Origin: an uncultured Bacilli bacterium
Lineage (GTDB): Bacteria > Bacillota_I > Bacilli_A > RF39 > UBA660
Assembly: GCA_947588895.1 (NCBI GenBank)
Contig: CANQBF010000001.1
Coordinates: 1-60,058, forward strand
Direction: 5' to 3'
DNA length: 60,058 nucleotides
The position numbers and the translations under genes are program-made. The notes beneath the pieces were generated by a model. The model saw only the letters and a list, made by a program, of their open reading frames with translations, searched no databases and was not told the DNA's origin. Positions 55,548 to 60,058 of the stretch are shown piece after piece (positions within the stretch are counted from its first letter, which is position 1; every line of letters begins with the position of its first letter).

Positions 55548-56544
55548 AGTAGCGATTAATGGATTTGGAAGAATAGGAAGAATAGCATTTAGGGAGATGA
55601 TTACAGGTACTGATTTTAATATTGTGGCAATTAATGATACTTCAAATGCTGAAGAATTATGTCATTTATTAAAATATGATACTATACATAGGTCATTCCA
55701 TGAAAATGAAATAACATTTGAAGGTAATGAAATAATAATTAAAGGTCAAAAAAGAATTAAAGTATATTCTGAATTAGACCCAATTAATTTACCTTGGAAA
55801 GATTTAAATGTTGATTTAGTTTTAGAATGTACTGGTGCATTTACTGATTATGATGGTGCTCATAAGCATATTGAAGCTGGTGCTAAAAAAGTATTAATTT
55901 CAGCTCCTGGTAAAGGAAATATGAAAACTATAGTATATAATGTTAATGATAATATTTTAGATGGTAGTGAACAAATTGTTTCTAGTGCATCTTGTACAAC
56001 AAATTGTTTAGCTCCAGTATTAAAAGTAATTGAAGATGCTTTTGGAATTGAAAAAGGTTTTATGAGTACCATTCATGCATTTACGAATGACCAAGCAACA
56101 CTTGATATAACTCATAAAAAAGGAATATATGCAAGACGTGGTAGAGCTGCTAGCCAAAATATTATTCCAGCATCAACTGGTGCTGCTTCAGCTATTGGTT
56201 TAGTAATACCTTCATTACAAGGTAAGATGGATGGTGGAGCATTTAGAGTACCTGTTTGTGATGGCTCACTTATTGATGTCACTTTAGAATTAAAAAGTAA
56301 TCCAACTGTAGAAAATATTAATGATTTATTTAAAAATAAACAAAATGAAACATTAAAGTTTACGACTGACCCTATTGTATCAAGTGATATTATTGGTAAA
56401 AGATGTGGTGCTTTAGTTGATGGACTTCTTACAAATTGTGTAGAAGTAGATGGTAAAAAATTATATAAAATTGTTGCATGGTATGATAATGAACTTGGTT
56501 ATACTGTACAAATGTTAAGAACTGCTAAAGTTATGTTCAAATAA
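55537..56544 (+). CDS. gap: Type I glyceraldehyde-3-phosphate dehydrogenase
   Basis: 335 aa with NGFGRIGR and the active site SCTTNCLAP. Asp in AINDTS suggests NAD preference. It overlaps the upstream gene by 11 nt. Confidence 0.95.
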   Translation: MMIRVAINGFGRIGRIAFREMITGTDFNIVAINDTSNAEELCHLLKYDTIHRSFHENEITFEGNEIIIKGQKRIKVYSELDPINLPWKDLNVDLVLECTGAFTDYDGAHKHIEAGAKKVLISAPGKGNMKTIVYNVNDNILDGSEQIVSSASCTTNCLAPVLKVIEDAFGIEKGFMSTIHAFTNDQATLDITHKKGIYARRGRAASQNIIPASTGAASAIGLVIPSLQGKMDGGAFRVPVCDGSLIDVTLELKSNPTVENINDLFKNKQNETLKFTTDPIVSSDIIGKRCGALVDGLLTNCVEVDGKKLYKIVAWYDNELGYTVQMLRTAKVMFK

Positions 56545-56637
56545 AAACCCTTAACTAAGGGCTTTTTTATGATATTAATAAATATTAATTATTTAACTAT
56601 ACAATCTAAAAGAAAAATTAAGGAGAAGTAAAAAATA

Positions 56638-57123
56638 ATGAATAATGATATTCAATTTGAAAAAAACAATATAGTTTTTAATTATAGAGTAGCTATAGTT
56701 ATAAGAAATGGTGAAAAAATATTAATACAAAAAGATGATAGAGCTAGTCATTATACATTGCCTGGTGGAAGATGTGAATTAGGTGAAAATTCTATTAAAG
56801 CTGGAATGAGGGAATTTAATGAAGAAGCAGGTATTGATATTACATTAAAAAAGAAAATTGGTATGATAGAGAACTTTTTCGTTTCTAGTTTTAATGGTAA
56901 AAATTATCATGAAATATTACTAATTCATGAATACGAATTTAATGATTATAATTTATATAGTAAATCATCAATAAATAATATTGAAGAAAAGAAGAAAGAC
57001 CATTTAACTTATATATGGTTAAATACCTCTGAATTAAAAGAAGCAAATTTTAAACCTGAAATAATTTTGCAAATGATAGAGAATGAAGAATTTCAACATT
57101 ATATATTTGATAAAGAGTTATAG
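56638..57123 (+). CDS. NUDIX hydrolase
   Basis: 161 aa with the Nudix box GGRCELGENSIKAGMREFNEEAGI. Confidence 0.88.
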   Translation: MNNDIQFEKNNIVFNYRVAIVIRNGEKILIQKDDRASHYTLPGGRCELGENSIKAGMREFNEEAGIDITLKKKIGMIENFFVSSFNGKNYHEILLIHEYEFNDYNLYSKSSINNIEEKKKDHLTYIWLNTSELKEANFKPEIILQMIENEEFQHYIFDKEL

Positions 57124-57269
57124 TTAATAACACAAATTCTATATGTATGTAGATTTGTAAATAGAAATAATATTAAATACATATTAAAAGAAGCAAAATT
57201 TAATTGAAATTATAGTAAATAAAGCCTATATATTATTAATAAGATATTGTAAAGAGGCTTTTTTATAAA

Positions 57270-58052
57270 TTAATTTCTTGATACTTTTAAAGTATTACTT
57301 GTATAATAAGTTCTATTTACTTCTTCACTATGAACTGGTATTTGATATAAATTAGATAAATAATCAAAATTAAAATCAATTTGTTTAACATTATTAATAT
57401 CAATAATACCTAAATCATTAATTGCAGGTACATATGAGCCATTTTCTAAAGTAACTGGATTTGTTGAATCAAATAAAACTAGAGTATTGTTTTTCATTTT
57501 AAAAATGTTATAAGCATGTGTTTCAGTTTCATTATCAGCAGATAGTTTTCCAAAAATTATATAACTATTTAAACCAACTAGACTAGCTAAATTTTGGACA
57601 GTAGCACTTCTTTCAGAACATAAAGCTGAATTATTATGATAGAAATTTTTAATAGATATGTTTTTTTCATCTTTATTAGATAAGTAAATATTAATACGTT
57701 TTTGATAATCTCCTTTATAATCAAAAGTTTCTATTATATAATTTTGTAATGTACTAATAAGACTCATAATGCCATTGATATTTTTTGATTTAATAACTTT
57801 AATAAAATTAATATATAAATCAATATCATTTAGACAAAATGGATTAACCATGTTTGATGTTATAATAGATGAATTAGAATTTATATAACCATTATAAATA
57901 GTATTAGTACCATCATAATTATTAATTGTTGTTGGAGGTGTATTATTTTCTAAAATACTTAATCTATTTTTAACAAAATTAATAATATCTTCATCAGTGT
58001 TTAAATTATTTATTTCATTTAATGAATCTCTTAAATTAAACATTTTTATCAT
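57270..58052 (-). CDS. Hypothetical protein, possible transglutaminase-like cysteine peptidase fold
   Basis: 260 aa. The spacing in ALCSERSATVQNLASLVGL....ETHAYNIF....LFDSTNP resembles a Cys-His-Asp transglutaminase core. It overlaps the upstream GT-C gene by 17 nt. Confidence 0.5.
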   Translation of the reverse strand: MIKMFNLRDSLNEINNLNTDEDIINFVKNRLSILENNTPPTTINNYDGTNTIYNGYINSNSSIITSNMVNPFCLNDIDLYINFIKVIKSKNINGIMSLISTLQNYIIETFDYKGDYQKRINIYLSNKDEKNISIKNFYHNNSALCSERSATVQNLASLVGLNSYIIFGKLSADNETETHAYNIFKMKNNTLVLFDSTNPVTLENGSYVPAINDLGIIDINNVKQIDFNFDYLSNLYQIPVHSEEVNRTYYTSNTLKVSRN

Positions 58053-59616
58053 CCTTTACTTCAAATAAATATATATAATATTTTCTATCTTCATATACTT
58101 GACGAGATTTTTTAATTATTTTGTAATTTTTAAATAATAATGGTTCTTCTTCTTTTAACATTGGTTCACTATATTTAGTTATATAAACAATATGAGTTGT
58201 TGTTTTATTTTTAATATATTTTTTAAAAGAATCAATATTAGCAGGAAATTGTCGATATGAGAAATTATGCTTTTGAAAGAAATATGTAGTAGGTACCATA
58301 TCAGTAACTGTATATAAACCACAATCTAAGAATCCCATATTAACTAAAGTAGCATTATCATAATCTTCAAGTATTTTAGCATATTCATATTGATAAAAGT
58401 AATCTTTACCTTTAAATAAGTAATCTTTATAATTAGCATTATCATAAGCAAATAAGTTAATTAACATAATAATAATTGCTAATATGATTGTATAAATTTT
58501 CCAAGGTATATTTTTAATAAATTCATCATATAAATTGAATATTGTAAGTAATGATATAGAACCAAATAATAAGATGATAAGTACATAATAACGATAGAAT
58601 TTAAGCCCCCAAAAAGCTCCTAAAATAGTAATTAAGATAATTAATAAAAATAATAATTTAGTTCTTTTATTACAATCTAGTTTCCATATTAAAATTGGTG
58701 TTGATAATAATAAATAAAACATAATTGGATTAGTATATAAACTATTAAAGAATCCATCAAATAATTCATGTATTTTTTCTAAGAAAGTTAATTTATTATC
58801 AGAATAAGAAGTTATATTAATAATAAAGTAATTTTTAAAAAATGCTATAAAACCATGATTAATAAGAAAATAGATACTAAATATACCGAATGGAATAAAC
58901 ATACCTAATAAAAGAATTAATGGATATATAATAGCGTTTTTCCAATCTTTTTTTAATAAGTAATCAATAAAAATACTAAAAGTAAATCCTATCCAAAAAC
59001 CTAATAAAGTATATTTACTTAATAAGACTAAACCAGCAATAATACCATTAATAAACATTTCTTTTTTAGTTAAATTTTGTACTTTAAAGTGTTTAAAAAA
59101 GTAATATAGAGAAATAAAAAAGAATGCTAAACATAATTCTTCAACGCTACCACCATGAGTAAATGCTTTTGATGTTGTTAAGATGGCAGTAAATAATGGA
59201 AGAATTATTAATGATGATTTAGTGCTTATAAATATTGTTAATGTTTTATATAAATAATATAAACCTATAGTAAAAACAATTAATTCAATAATAAATATAC
59301 CTAAAAAAGATTTATGTGATATTAAATAACCTATTCCATATAATAAATATAAGAATGGTCCTTTTTGTTCAAATATATCTTTGTATGGTATTAATCCATG
59401 CATCATACTTTTTCCAACAGTAAAAAAAGCATTAGCGTCCATCCAATCATTAAAAGCATATAATGGTGAGTTTTTAGTTGTTAATAATAAAGTAATTAAA
59501 GTTGTCAAAAAACAATATAGTATTATATATTTTTGAGATTTATTCTTCAAAACACCACGCCCTAACACTAAAATAATTATATTACTAGTATAAAAAATGT
59601 GCAATATTTTATCCAA
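58036..59616 (-). CDS. GT-C fold glycosyltransferase (family 39 / ArnT/PMT-like), polytopic membrane protein
   Basis: About 12 TM helices. The first periplasmic loop, DWMDANAFFTVGKSMMHGLIPYKDIFEQKGP, is typical of the ArnT/PMT_2 family. The start is uncertain: a TTG at 59616 with no RBS, while an internal TTG or GTG about 20 codons downstream is plausible. Confidence 0.75.
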   Translation of the reverse strand: MDKILHIFYTSNIIILVLGRGVLKNKSQKYIILYCFLTTLITLLLTTKNSPLYAFNDWMDANAFFTVGKSMMHGLIPYKDIFEQKGPFLYLLYGIGYLISHKSFLGIFIIELIVFTIGLYYLYKTLTIFISTKSSLIILPLFTAILTTSKAFTHGGSVEELCLAFFFISLYYFFKHFKVQNLTKKEMFINGIIAGLVLLSKYTLLGFWIGFTFSIFIDYLLKKDWKNAIIYPLILLLGMFIPFGIFSIYFLINHGFIAFFKNYFIINITSYSDNKLTFLEKIHELFDGFFNSLYTNPIMFYLLLSTPILIWKLDCNKRTKLLFLLIILITILGAFWGLKFYRYYVLIILLFGSISLLTIFNLYDEFIKNIPWKIYTIILAIIIMLINLFAYDNANYKDYLFKGKDYFYQYEYAKILEDYDNATLVNMGFLDCGLYTVTDMVPTTYFFQKHNFSYRQFPANIDSFKKYIKNKTTTHIVYITKYSEPMLKEEEPLLFKNYKIIKKSRQVYEDRKYYIYLFEVKDDKNV

Positions 59617-59703
59617 GAAACGATAGGAAATAGATGTAAAATTAAGAAGTTTTTAAGAATTTTTGTGTCGAAAAATTAGAACGTTTGTCGAAAGACTTGA
59701 AAA

Positions 59704-59985
59704 ATGGAAAAAAGAATATTAATATCGAGTCTTCGAAAGGAGACAATTAAGATAAAAAATAATTATTTAAAATACGATAAAATATTCAAAAGTATAATAG
59801 TAAATAGATATGATACGAGATACATGAATAAATTATTAAGTGATATTTTAGAAAGAAAAGTAGAAGTTAAAGAATATTTGGATTTAGAATTAAAAGTAAA
59901 AAATAAAAATGAAAGAGCCAAGAGATTAGATGTAATATTAAAGACGAAAGATGATGACATAATAATAATGGAACTAAATAGTTGA
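59704..59985 (+). pseudogene. PD-(D/E)XK nuclease-family transposase-like (Rpn/YhgA-like) N-terminal fragment
   Basis: 93 aa. The pattern ...YMNKLLSDILE...VKEYLDLELKVKNKNERAKRLDVILKTKDDDIIIMELNS matches the N-terminal nuclease core pattern (D...E.K). It ends at a TGA inside the 77-bp repeat, whereas full-length relatives are about 300 aa. Confidence 0.6.
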
Positions 59986-60058
59986 TAATGTCAATATAAA
60001 AATGTAGGTTTTGGCTAATATAATTATGTAGGAAAACCTACATTTTTATATTAGCAAA
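59980..60058. repeat. Right copy of the terminal inverted repeat (extends 2 nt further to the window edge)
   Basis: 59980..60056 is the reverse complement of 1..77. Confidence 0.85.

Noticed and set aside
1100-59960. Short ORFs in the six-frame track lying antisense to or inside larger conserved genes. They are: 1100..1303, 2124..2405, 3858..4052, 6921..7115, 8273..8716, 11664..11855, 16604..16786, 18178..18375, 21222..21506, 22487..22969, 23024..23287, 24647..24964, 25055..25270, 25778..25978, 27124..27345, 28300..28659, 29090..29305, 32714..33055, 36004..36228, 37550..37843, 46180..46404, 51631..51822, 52561..52782, 55860..56072 and 59763..59960
   Set aside because: All of them overlap well-supported genes on the opposite strand or in another frame. 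They have S/L/F/I-rich translations typical of antisense reading of AT-rich coding DNA, and they lack ribosome-binding sites.
1-60058. The whole window as a prophage, ICE or genomic island, because it is flanked by inverted repeats and transposase fragments
   Set aside because: The interior is core origin-region housekeeping and sporulation content with conserved synteny. There is no integrase, relaxase, capsid or terminase, or T4SS ATPase.

Overview
This window is the replication-origin region of a very AT-rich, endospore-forming Bacillota chromosome. It uses the standard code 11, and TGA is used as a stop. Genes left of oriC run mostly on the minus strand: rpmH-rnpA-yidC-jag, mnmE-mnmG-rsmG, a Noc-type ParB paralog, rpoE and prfA-prmC. 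Genes right of oriC run mostly on the plus strand: dnaA-dnaN-(comK-like)-recF-gyrB-gyrA; SRP RNA-tadA-dnaX-ybaB-recR-bofA-holB-yaaT-methyltransferase-pth-mfd-spoVT; T-box-HAD-metG-tatD; rsmA; yabG-veg-spoVG-yabP-yabQ-divIC; then clpP, a udk-like gene and gap. The presence of rpoE (RNAP delta) and a Noc-like protein points to a Bacilli/Erysipelotrichia-like lineage rather than Clostridia. I saw no rRNA, tRNA or CRISPR. Eight things stand out. (1) The gyrA-tadA spacer carries one perfect Noc-binding-site palindrome and three perfect parS palindromes. The only ParB-family gene in the window is Noc-like, lacks soj/spo0J neighbours, lacks the N-terminal membrane helix and carries a roughly 230-aa repeat-rich insertion. 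(2) A four-gene cluster between rsmA and yabG encodes two secreted proteins with SipW-type signal peptides, a polytopic-membrane::SipW-peptidase fusion and a bitopic membrane protein. (3) A three-gene membrane operon after divIC is led by a 916-aa polytopic protein. (4) Small two-gene insertions interrupt otherwise conserved origin synteny. (5) Two genes appear to start at ATC or ATA behind strong Shine-Dalgarno sequences. (6) The window is bracketed by perfect 77-bp inverted repeats that truncate an IS200-type tnpA and a PD-(D/E)XK transposase-like gene at the same junction. (7) The DnaA boxes are a variant form, TTTTCAACA. (8) The SRP RNA is minimal, about 75-80 nt. All homology statements come from reading motifs by eye and from memory of the families. 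No database search was run.
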